Assembly (NCBI GenBank): GCA_036785375.1
Contig: JAWMAR010000015.1
Span: forward strand, 6,696,001 to 6,760,000
Length of the DNA: 64,000 nucleotides
Source: Leucoraja ocellata
Lineage: Eukaryota
Reading direction: 5' to 3'
In this document: positions 15,401 to 27,400 of the stretch, piece after piece
How positions within the stretch are numbered: position 1 is the stretch's first letter
How the letters are laid out: each line of letters starts with the position of its first letter
The notes under the pieces: generated by a model
Told to the model about the DNA's origin: nothing
Database searches by the model: none
What the model saw: the letters and a program-made list of their open reading frames with translations, nothing else
Made by a program: the position numbers and the translations under genes

Positions 15401-18400
15401 AAACGTGAGCTCAGTGAGACCACGGATAAACGATGATCATTTTGCTGTATTTTTTTCAGCATTCATTTAACAAACATTTCTGAACTGTTCTCATTCTTGT
15501 ATTTTTCCATCTGATTCTTCTTCCGCTGCTAGTTCCTTGCGAATCTTCATCCCCTGTTTCTTCTCATATTTGCACTTATCTCCTCTCTCCTTTCTCCTTT
15601 CCACTTCTCCCTTTCCCTGCTCCTCTCCTCCTCCCCCGATTCTCTGTGCTTCTCCCCCTTCCCCACCCCACTGTCTTGTGGTTGATTAGCGGAGTGTCGA
15701 CGGGTTCACAGGGGGAGTGAGTGGACTGTCTGAGCAGATAGCCAGAAAGCTTCAGCAGCAAATTCAGCCTGTGCGCCCTGTGGACAGGAAAGAGTGGGTA
15801 AGCATTCTCCTGCCAGTGCAGGGCTGTTGGTGGGGCAGGTACCACATGTCAAATGTCCCACTGCAGGGCAGCATATAGCGAGGTGGGCAGAGGTGGCTGG
15901 TGTACAGTGGCTACAGGTCTGGGTCAGGGTTGGGTGTAGGGATGGGGGTGGGGGGGGGGGGGTGGATGGATGTTGGGTGCCTGGTGGGGGTGAGGGGGGG
16001 GGGTATAGCGTTCTGGCACGTTGGGGTGCAGGGTGCTGCAGGGGGTGAAGGTGGGTTGTAGAGTCCCAAGGGTGTGGGGATAGTGGGTGTGTGGTCTGGT
16101 GGTGGTAGGGGTGGGATGTAGAAGCCTGGCAGGGGTGAGAGGGTTGTGGGAGAAATGGTGGGGATGATTGTGTGCAGGGTGCCTGTAGGGGGTGGGAATG
16201 GTGTGCAGAGTAACTAAGGAGGTGGGGGCGGGGGGGGATTGGTGTGTGGGTTTTGTGTAAAGGTGAGAGTGGGTGCAGGGCCCCAGGGTGGGTGGGTGTA
16301 GGGGCCACTGTGGATGAGTGCAAGGGGCCCCAGTGTGGATAAGTGGGTGCAGAGACCTGGTGTGGGTGAAAATGGGTGCAGGAGGTGGGGGCGGGGGGAA
16401 GTGCTGTCTTGGGGGTTTAGGGCATTAGCTTTGCATGGGAGGGGCAGCGTGTGCATGTAGGCCATGAGATCTGGCGGGCCAGAGTCTAGCAGAAGGCCTC
16501 CATGACAATGGTGCCCAGCCAATCGTGTAAAAGACCTGCAGCACCTCACAATCCAGCCCTGCCATTTTGTGGAGTTTACCGGGAATCTCATCACTGCTGG
16601 AAACAAGCAACCTCCTGGCGTCAGTCTTCCAGTGAGTGGGAGCTGATCAGAAGGCCAGCCTCGGGGCACGACTATAGCCTGACCACCAGAGGGGAAGTTG
16701 TGGGTAACGTGGTGGAGGGGTGGAGTGGCCAGGAGTCTCCACCAGCTTTGCCTCATAAAAAGAAATGCAAAACCAAAAGATGCAGTCAATCCAAAAGACA
16801 GACATGAATGGTCAGAAACTCTGTAGGTCATGGAGCATCTGTGGAGAGAAATGTTCGTGTCAACACCATTTCATCTGAGCCAAACAGCTCAGTATTTCCA
16901 GCTGTTTTATCCGGTGAAGAAGGCATGTTCATTCACCTTTCCAAACCTCAGCTCTCCAGCTAATTAAATATCTCAGAACCTTAGTCACTCTTGGTTGGAA
17001 ATACCACAGCCTGTTTGCGGCCATTAGCTCTGGCAGACCAGTAGTAGGGTCACCGAGGAAGATAGGTAGTGGCCTGAGTCATATCACAGGATGGGGCTGG
17101 ACTAGTTCAGGACCTCACTTGCATGTCAGTGTGTTATCTCTGCTCTGTGGCTGGACTTTTGACCAGGGACATTCTTATTTGGGACATTAGAAAAAGTTTA
17201 CTGCTCCCTTACTATCAGAATGAATAACACTGCGTATACCATGGAACTCTTTCTTAACGCGTCAGGTTGCATTCCATAGGATGTAGTCCAGATCTTCCAA
17301 TCTACGCTGAGGATGAACTCTCAATCTTCCAATCTTCTTGTGACCTTTGCACTTTGTTCTCTAATTTTCTCTATCGCTGCAAGACTATTCTTCACTCTGT
17401 TTGTTGTGTGTACTACATGATGTACTCTAGCGTATGGTATGATCTGCCTGGATAACAAAGTTCAAGTCAACAGGGTTTAATTGTCATATGTACCAAAAAC
17501 AGAACAATGGGATTCTTGCATCAGCAGTTATGCACTGTAACTCGGTACATATGACAACAATGAACCAATACCAACACCAGGTGACAGTCCAGCTCTACTT
17601 GCAGTTTGGTTGAGCTTAATACAGCTGCTTGAAGTGCTAGAGCCACACAATCAGGCTGTGACCCTTTACATAGACCCAGTAAAAGCTGAGTCATGCCTTC
17701 CTGGGGCAAAACCGGTACTTGAGGCCAGTAAAAAGGCAAGAGATTTGCTGTGTAGGAAGGAAATGCAGATGCTGGTTTAAAGTGAAGATAGACACAAAAT
17801 GCTGGAATAACTCAACGGGACAGGCAGCATCTCTGGAGGGAAGGAACGGGTGATATTTTGGGTCAAGACCCTTCTTCTGACTGATGTCAGGGGAGAGGGA
17901 GATACATAGATAAGGAAGTGTATGGTGTGAAAACAGGACAAAGGGGATGGAGATCAAGGAACATGTAGAATAGATCATTGTTAGCTAGGAGAAGGTAACA
18001 ACAAAGCAAACAGAGATAATATGTAGTCGGAGTCCGTCAGACTGGTCGGGGAACTGGGAAGAGGGGAGGGATGGAGAGAGGGGGAAAGCAAGGGTTACGT
18101 GATTAGATAAATCAATGTTCATATCACTGGGGTGTAAGCTGATTAGCTTGCTGGGAGCAGTTGCTGTCGGAGGCCTGGGTGTGTAGGTTGGTGCTCCAGT
18201 TGACAGGTCCCTGGTGGATGTGATGGAGAGGGAGGTGGGTGGTTCACGGGCCCCTGCTCGCCCGCTGCTCCATCAGTCTTGCTGCAGTGATCTGTCTGTC
18301 TCTTTGCAGCACTCAACGAAGCGGAAAGAGTTCTCCTCAGAGTTCGGCGGCAGTGATGTCTGCTATTTCTGTGGGAAGCGTGTCTACGTGATGGAGCGGT

Positions 18401-21400
18401 TGAGTGCTGAAGGGAAGTTCTTCCATCGCGGCTGCTTCAAGTGCGACTACTGCTGCGAGACCCTCCGCCTCTCCACCTACGCCTTTAACCCAGAGAATGG
18501 TAAGACCACTGCAAAAACCATAGAAGGGCAGAGCAGGAGTTTTAGATGGCATGCCTCAGGGTGTTTTTAAATTGCAGAAAAGTGGCAGCCAATCTGAGCA
18601 GAACCAGCGGGAAAGTGAAAGTGCCCAGTTAATTTATTTTTGTGAAGTAAGCTGAGTTGAAAGCTGCTCAGGGCTTTCAAGGGGAATTCCCATGTCTGAA
18701 TAACATTGCAAATGAGCCAACTTGAGAGATGGACCCAATCTTGGTTAAGTGTCTATGCAGCAGACCAGCATGGGGATGGGGGTGACGGGGGCGGGGGGGG
18801 TGGGGGGGGGGGGGGGAGGGTCATCTGAGAATTCAGCTAAACTCTCCTAGGCACAAGCCTGAGCTGACAACCAATTCCTTCATACAAAAATAAATCCTCT
18901 GCTCATTATTACATGGTGACCTATACTGATTAGCGGTGGCATGGTGGCGCTGCGGTAGAGTTGCTGCCTTACAGCGTCAGAGACCCGGGTTCGATCCTGA
19001 TTAAGGATGCTGTCTGTGTGGAGTTTGTACATTCTCCCCATAGCCCACGTGGGCTTTCACCGGGAGCTCTCCCCCTACACGCCAAAGATATACAGGTTTG
19101 TAGTTTAATTGGCTTGGTAAATTTGTAAATTGTCCCCAGTGTGTGGGGGTGATCGCTGGTCAGCGTGGACTCGGTGGGCCGAAAGGCCTGTGTCCGTGCT
19201 GTATCTCTAAACTAAACTAAATTAAACTATTACTCAGTTGCCCTGTAACGATCGTTAACCATGCATGCTGTGACAATTACTGCCTGATTTCTCTGATGAC
19301 TATTACCCAGTTACTCTGCCTGGATTATTACACAATTACTCCACGGTGATTATTACCTGGTTACTCTGATGATTATTATCGTGAATATTAACCTAGCTAC
19401 TTTGTGGTCATTATTACCTGGGTATCCCGGTACTAAACAGTGAGTGTAGCCTTGTATCTTTGCACTGAAGTTTTCAGATATTTTATCAAAATATTGTGGA
19501 GATGCTGGAAATAAATGAAAGACACTAAATCAGACAGCCTCTGTGGAAAGAGGAAGACTTGGTACTTCTTGTCATAATATCTGTGTGGTGTGATTACACA
19601 GTGTAATGATTACTGATCAGCCATTGATGGTACAATGTCTGATTCACAGATCACAAATGGTTAGTGTGTCCGACTGGGGTTTGTAATGTCCGATTACTTC
19701 AAAGTGCCTGCTGCATGGAACTGCGTGCCAAATGTTGCTTGGTCACCATATTGCCCACTTTATGTATGGTGATGCGGGTTTTGATGGCCAGTGGCTGTAA
19801 TATTGCTAAACCAAACTGTTGTTTTCCAGGAAAATTCTACTGTAAGCCTCATTTCCGGCAGGCAGGGCGAGAGGCCAGAAAGAGACCAGCAACACCTCCA
19901 GCAAGAGCCCAGGTACCAGTGCATGCTTGGCAAAGTTTGATGTATGGGAGGGATTTTGTCACTGTTCCTCAATTTAAGTAGGGATAAACCATAGGCCAGT
20001 GAGTCTTCCGTCAGTGGTAGGGAACTATTGGAGAGAATTCTTCGGGGTAGGATTAACGCGCATTTAGAGGAAAATGGGATCATTAAGGACAGTCAACAAG
20101 GCTTTATGTGGGGCAGGTCATGGCTTACTAACTTGAATGAGTTTTTTCAGGAAGTGTTTCAGTTTAGTTCATTGTCACATGTACCGAGGTACAGTGAGAA
20201 GCTTTTGTTACGTGCTAACCTGTCAGCAGAAAGACAATACATGGTTACAATCGATCCATTTACAGTGTATAGATACATGATTAATGCAAGGTAAAGCCAG
20301 CATAGTCCGATTAAGGTTAGTCCGAAGGTCACCAAAGAGGTAGATAGTAGTTCAGTACAGCTCTCTGTTTGTGGTAGGATGATTCCGTTGCCTGATAACA
20401 GATGGGAAGAAACAGTCCCCGAATCTGGTGGTGTGCGTTTTAACACTTTTACGCCTGATGGAAGAGGGGAGAAGAGGGAGTGGCCAGGGTGCGACTCATC
20501 CGTGATTATGCTGCTGGCCTTGCTGAGGCAGCGTAAGGTATAAATGGTCAATAGAAGGGAGGTCGGTTTTTGTGATGGTCTGGGCTTCATCTCAACTTCT
20601 TGTGGTCTTGAATGGAACTGTTCCCAAACCAAGTGGTGATGCATCCTGATAAAATGCTTTCTGTGCTGCACCTGTAGAAGTTGGTGAGAGCTGTAGGGGA
20701 CATGCCAAACTTCCTAAGCCTTCTAAGGAAGTAGAGGCGTTGGTGTGCTTTTTTGGTCGTTTCTTGGTTCAATATGGGTGGTCCAGAAGTTTTTGGTGAT
20801 ATTGACTTCGGCCCCGTGAATGTGTACTGCTTCGCTTCCTGAAGTTGATCACTTTCTCTTTTGTCATGCTGACATTGAGAGAAAGGATGTCATCTCGACA
20901 CCAGGACACGAGGTTCTCAAACTCCTTTCTCTACTCCGTCTCATCATTATTTGATATCCGGCCCACAATGGCGGTGTCGTCTGCGAATTTGAAAATTGAA
21001 TTAGATTTGTACATGGCTGCACAGTCGTGAGTGTACGGGAGGAGTAAAGAAGGGGGCTGAGAACATATCCTTGCGGAGCCCCCATGTTGAGGATTATCGT
21101 GGAGGATGATTTGTCCCCTACCCTCACTGATTGGGGGCTGTTAGTCAGTACGTCGAGGATCCAGTTGTAGAAATGAGTTTTGATACCAAGCTTGGTGATA
21201 AGCTTGGATGGTATAATGGTATTAAAGGCAGAGCAGTAGTCTATAAATAAGAGTCTGACGTAAGTGTCTCTCTTATCCAGGTGTTCTAGGGATGAGTGTA
21301 GGGCTAGGGCGATAGCATTGTTGGTAGACCGGTTGTGGCCGTAGGCAAACTGCAGTGGATCAAGACCACTGGGTAGACTGGATTTAATGCCTCTCAAAAC

Positions 21401-24400
21401 ATCTCATAATGGTAGATGTCATGGCCACTGGACAGTAGTGATTTTGGCATGAGTGTTGATGGTGATTGATGAGTGTAGAGCAGTGGATGTTATATACATG
21501 GACTTTAGTAATGCATTTGATAAAGTCCCTCATGGTAGGCTGATCCAGAAGTTTAAGATGCAGAGGATCCACAGTGATTTGGTGGTTTACAATCGGAACT
21601 GGTTTACCTATAAAAGACAGAAAAGCTTTCAGGCTTTTAGATAATCATCTGCTCAATGGGAAAGGGCAGATGGGAAACTGACCAGCATGATAAAGGGTTC
21701 TTGATTATGTTGGCTGCTTTCCTGAAGCAGCATGAAATTATGTTTTCTCTGGTGCATCTAAAGAAGCTTATGCGGGTCATTGGAGATATGACAAATGTTA
21801 TATAAAGGCGTTGGTGTGCTTTCCCAGCCACTGCTTCGATGTGCTCCAATACAGATTGTTGGAGATATTTACGGCAAGGAACTTGAAGCTCTCACCCATT
21901 TCCACTTTGGCATCATTGATGCTGACGGGGGTTTGTACTCACTTTCTCTAGTTATTGAAGTCAATAACTGGCTCCTTCATCCTGCTGACATTGAGGGAGA
22001 GTTTGTTGTCTTGCCACCATACCAAGCTCTCTATCTCCCTCCTGTAATCCATCTCATCATTGTTCAAGATCCTGCCCACTATAGTGATATCATCTGCAAA
22101 TCTGTAAATGAGCGTAGAGCAGAAATTAGCCCGACAGTCATGAGCGTATAGGGAGTATAATGGGGACTGAGGACGTTTCCTTGCAGGGTACTGGTGTTGA
22201 AAATGATCATGGAGGAGATGTTGTCACCTATCCTTGATGATTGTGGACTATGGATCAGGAAGTCAAGGATTCAGTGGCCGAGGATGCGAGGGAGAGGTAC
22301 TGACTCCTAGTTCCAGGAGTTTGGAGATGAGTTTGCATTGGGTTAGAGTTTTCAAGGCAGTAAGTAGGAGTATGATATAGGTATCCTTGTTATCTAGATA
22401 TTTGCATGGTGAGTGTAGGACTAGCCATGGGCCTTTTGCAACGTTAGGCAAACTTTGCTTTTCCTTGGCACCGGGGTGATAGTGGTCTTCTTGGAACAGT
22501 TGTGAACCTCAGAACAGAGTAGGGAGAGGGTAAAGATGTCTGTAAATACTCCTGCCAGCTAGACCACACAGGTCCGGAGGTGGTGACTGGGATTCCACAT
22601 GGACCACTTACTTTCTGTGGGTTCACCATCAGGGTGGCTGATCTGACATCTGCAACAGTGTCCATGGGTATAGACGCACCCGAGGCTGTCGAGCAGATGA
22701 TGCCATTGTACCAACCTTCTGTTCAAACTCAACAATGAATGCACTGAGCATAGAATGTAAGAGAGAGGTTAGCAAGACCCGAACAGCATTGCCATACAGA
22801 GGAACATGGGCGTCTAAGTAGGTACAAGTAGGTAGAGCGTATGCTTGTCTTCCTCCGTTGAGCATTGAGTATAAAAATCAGAAACTCATTCCCAGTGTGC
22901 TATGTATGGTCCCTGCATACCCAGTGCCACGTACGCTCACTAATGAATTGAATACTTCATGGTCACATGTGACAAGTCACAGTGAAATTCTTTGCTTGCA
23001 TTCCCAAGATGCAAATAGTTACCACATAAAGGGCGCTTAAAAAGTTACGAATTCCCTCCACGCGCCAGGTTCCCCTTTGTTCTTCCCCCCTCATTCATGG
23101 CGATCCTCCCACACCGAGTCCTCCATTGTTGATTGTTCTCCCCCTCATTCACGGCGGCCCCCCCACACTGCGTCCTCCTTTGTTCTTTCCCTCGGGGGCA
23201 GCGGCGTCCTCACTTCCACGTGTCCGTCCTCGTCCATCGGTCGGTGCCATCATTGACCGCCGCGCCGACTCTCCACTAACTGCCGGGTCCTCTCCGGATG
23301 CCTCCGTGACGCTGACCCAGGTCCCAGCCACGGGCTCCACAGACCCAGGCACCAATGACCGCGGGATTAGTCGACCCGCGAGGCTCTATCTCCGACCCAT
23401 GAGGCCCGGACCACGTGGCTCCGGGCTCGACTTCTCAGCAGCACCTCTGGAAGGCAGAGTTCCCTGTGTTCCCAGTGTCGCAGAAGGTCATTGTGTACAC
23501 AATTTTTTTCGGCCGCTGCGTTCCCTGGGCTGTGCACGGTCACTGTGTACCCAGTGCCATTTACGCTCACTGTGCTGCCAGGGACACACACTGTCACCGT
23601 GCTGTTTACGATCATTGTGTTCCCAGTGCCGTTTTAATCACTATTTCCAGTGCCGTGTTGTCCCAGTGGTGTTTGCACACTGCGTTCCCTGTACCAGATA
23701 AGGTCACTGTGCTACAAGTGCCGCATCGTTTACTGTGTCACGTATAGTCACTGTGTTTCCATTGCTGATTACGTTCACTGTGTTCCCAAGTGCCACATAA
23801 AGTCACTGTGTTTTCAGTGCTGTGTACAGTCTCTGTATTCCCTGTGTGTTTACAATCTCTCTGCTCTCACTGCCGTGTACAATCACTGTGTTCCCAGTAT
23901 TATTTATGGTCACTCTGTTTCCACTGCCATGTATGGTCCCTGTGGGCTGTTTTCAGTCGCTGTGTTACCAGTTGCCACTTATGGTCACTGTGTGCCCAGT
24001 AACGCGTACAGGTTCTGTGTTCCAAGTGCCGCGCACGGCCCCTCTGTTCCCAGTGCTGTTTCAGGCACTGTGTTCCTGGTGTCACACACGATCACTGTGT
24101 TCCCCGAGTGCTTATGTTGACTGTGTTCCCAGTGCCGCGTACACGATGACCATGGAGTGTGTACTCTGATACTGTAACCACCTCTGTTCTGTTTGTTCTC
24201 TCCCTCCTGCAGGAGAAGGTGTTTGCTCCTCCACTGCCTACCCTGACCCCGGATGGACAACCTATCCCCAAGGAGCCGTACATTGTGGGAGCCACAGGTA
24301 GTTGTTGTGCCCTTCTTGACGGCGAGTGGCTGCCCTTCCCTCTGAGGAGTGGGTTTGCTCGTCTATACGACGGAATGAACCGATGGATATCCGACACAGC

Positions 24401-27400
24401 TGATGCAGAACTAGGAAAGGAAGTTATCTCGCCGCCCCGTCCTCGTCCACACATGCGCACCCCTCGACAGTTCAAAGTGAAAGCACTCTGGTGATCTGCC
24501 ATTTCCATAACTCAAGAGCCTGGTGAATCTCCACCCATCCCTCCTTGCCTCACCACCGCCTGGGCTTCCTCGACTGCCCAAGTGACCTAGCTCACCGAGT
24601 CCTGAGTCTCCACACCTCTTCCAATATCCCGCCCGTTCTGATGGAAACACCCTCACCAAATCCAGTCTATGCAAAGTGCAGGCACAGAAGATGGAATGCT
24701 AGTCCCCTGGCTGATTAGTGGTGGCCAACCATTCTAAGACTACTACAGACACTGCTACTCCAATAAATCTCCTGTTAACAGTTTGGGTCTGGCTGACATG
24801 TTTAAGGGTTACACAGAGTCTAAATAAGTAATGTCACTTGCAGTGTTGTAACAGTAGCACTTGGGATACAGTAACCTGGATTCACCAGCAGATCCAGTGA
24901 CAGCAGGTCCAGGGGTAGGCAGATATATGGTGACCCAATGACAACCAGGGATCCAGAGATATAAGGTGATGCCTGAGGATCCAGTGACCAAGGGACAGCT
25001 GGGTTTCCAATGATCCAGTGACAGCCAGGGATCAGGGGATCCAGTGACAGCTCCTGAAAGACACAAAATGCTGGAGTAACTTAGTGGGCCAGGCAGCATC
25101 TCTGGAGAAAAGGAATAGGTGACATTTCGAGTTAAGACTCTTCTTCAGACCCTCCTCACCTACGCACAGATCTCAACCGGAAATGTCACGTATTCCCTTT
25201 TCTCCAGAGATGCTGCCTGGCCCACTGAGTTACTCCAGCATTTTGTGTCTATCTTCAGTGTAAACCAGCATCTGCATTTCCTTCCTACACAGCGACAGCT
25301 CGGGGTTGGGATGCAGGTGGGGATTCAGTGATCCAGGGGCAAATGGTGACGTGGAAAACAGCAAGGGATCCCGTGGTCCAGTGATAGACGTGGATTAAGT
25401 GGTCAGGGGACTGACTGTGTAATATGGGACTAACCATGTAACACGTGACTGACGAGAACCCTGTAACACAGACCTGACCGCGTAATACGAGACTGAGGGG
25501 AGTTCTATAACAAGGAACTGATGGGGACCATGTAATGTGGAACTGACCATGTAATAAGTGACTGACAGGGATCATGTAACATGGGACTGACGTGTATCTT
25601 GTAACACGAGACTGACAGGGATCATGTAACATGGAACAGACAAGAATCATGTAACACGGAGACTGATGAGGAACTAGTGACCAAGATTAAGATTGTGGAT
25701 TCAGTCACTCAGAGACTGATATGGATAGAAAACCTGGGGTACGGAGAGGTTCCTGGTGCCAGTGAAACAGTGTATGCCCCAAATACTCAGCAGGTCAGGC
25801 GGCATCTGTGGAGACATCAAACTTAATGTCTCACATTGATCACCGTTAATCAAATCTGGAGATTTCTCTCCGCTGTTGCTGCCTGACCTGCTGGGCTCCC
25901 TCGGTCTCCATCCTGTAATGCATGGGAAACCAGTAATCGCTGTGAAGACAAAGAGAACTGTGGGGATCGGGTGTATCAGGGGCTGAAGGGGATCGAGTAA
26001 AACAGCGTGCAGGAGGACGAGTGTATCATAAAGCCCTTCAACCTGTCCCTCCATTGGGTAAGAACATGTCAGTCTGATCCTGGCCCAGCCACACTTCCCA
26101 TTGTCGATGACTCCCTAATGCGCCAGGGCTCATCTGCGCCTCAAATATATACAGCAATAACGGACACTACCCCCCTCCATCATGGCCCATTATAATGAGG
26201 GTTATCTGCACTTCATGCTTTGTAGGGTAGGATGCAAAGGTTTATAATCAGTCCTCATCTCAGTCTAATGTAATGCAAGAGACTGCAGATGGGATCTGGG
26301 GCAAAATGCAAAATGCTGGAGGAGCTCAGCGGGTCAGGCAGCATCTGTGTAAGGAATGGGATCAGACTTCTTCAGTCCGGAGGACCTCAGAGAAACACCA
26401 TATTGCACTCTACGTGCCTCCCTCCTTCAGTCTGAAGAACATCATCATTCCATTCCTCAACACAGATGCTGCCTGACCTGCTGAGTTCCTCCAGCAGTTT
26501 GCTTTTTGCTTAAGTGGAGGTCCCTTTAGCATGGGATCATACACCCTGGCTCTGGCTGTCCCTGCCAGAGGAAGCATCAACACCTCCCCTGTCACCCCCA
26601 CCGCGCGCGCTCCTGAAGCCACAGCCAAAGACACCACAGATGTTGGAAATATGAAATCAAAACAGGAGAAAAAAATCTGAGATACTCAGCAGACCAAGAG
26701 GGAGAAACAGAGTTGGCATTTCAAATTAGAACTAGAAGTGAGAAACTAAATTTGTTTTAAGTTGCAGAGAAGATGAATTGGGGAGGGGGGGGAGGGGGAT
26801 GGGGGATTCAGGCAGAACAGATACCAATGTCCATGACACAGTGAAGAGGCAGAGAAGCAGAATGACATAAATGGGGGGTGGTGCAGCTGAGAGAGGGAGG
26901 GAAGGTCTGTCTGAGGAGGAGACAGTGGATGGAATCTGAAATACCTGTAATGGAGAGAGAGACCGATGGAAATGTGAAGAGCCAGGGTAGAATGGGAGTT
27001 CATGTGAAGTGGTTGATGTTAAGCCCTGAAGGTTATAATGTGCCACGTGGGAGAGAGTTCAGTGGGGGAGTGGACTAGTGAGTTAACGTGTCGGGCAACA
27101 TCCTCCTCATGACTAAAGAGCCAGCACCCAATCTGGCCGTGAATACTGAACGTAGCACATAGATTGCATGAGTTGGAAGTGAATCGTTGCTTCACATGGA
27201 AGGATGTCATGGGTCCCTGGGTGGTGGTGGGAAGTGAAGAGGTGAAAGGACAAGCATTATTTCTCTGCAGTTGCAAGAGAAAGTGTGGGAAGGGGGGGTG
27301 AGGGAGCGGTTTTGTGGAGAAGGAAATTGTGAAGGAAACAGTGCCTACAGAAATGTGACAGGGAAAAGGAAGATGTGCCTGGTGGTCACATGATAACTGG

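Noticed and set aside
15706-16831. Two 205-aa minus-strand ORFs, Pro/His-rich in part
   Set aside because: They are antisense to G/T-rich low-complexity intron sequence.
18540-18760. Possible ancient Deu-domain SINE remnants (also about 31820-32000 and 52450-52560)
   Set aside because: Too decayed to support by eye; this needs a profile search.
18770-18822. G-runs with G-quadruplex potential near exons (also 15940-16002)
   Set aside because: Homopolymer runs are common in this window and prone to assembly error. There is no specific evidence of function.
23415-24169. Cys-rich periodic ORFs and a CRISPR-like periodicity
   Set aside because: This is a head-to-tail degenerate minisatellite with no unique spacers and no cas genes, in a vertebrate intron.
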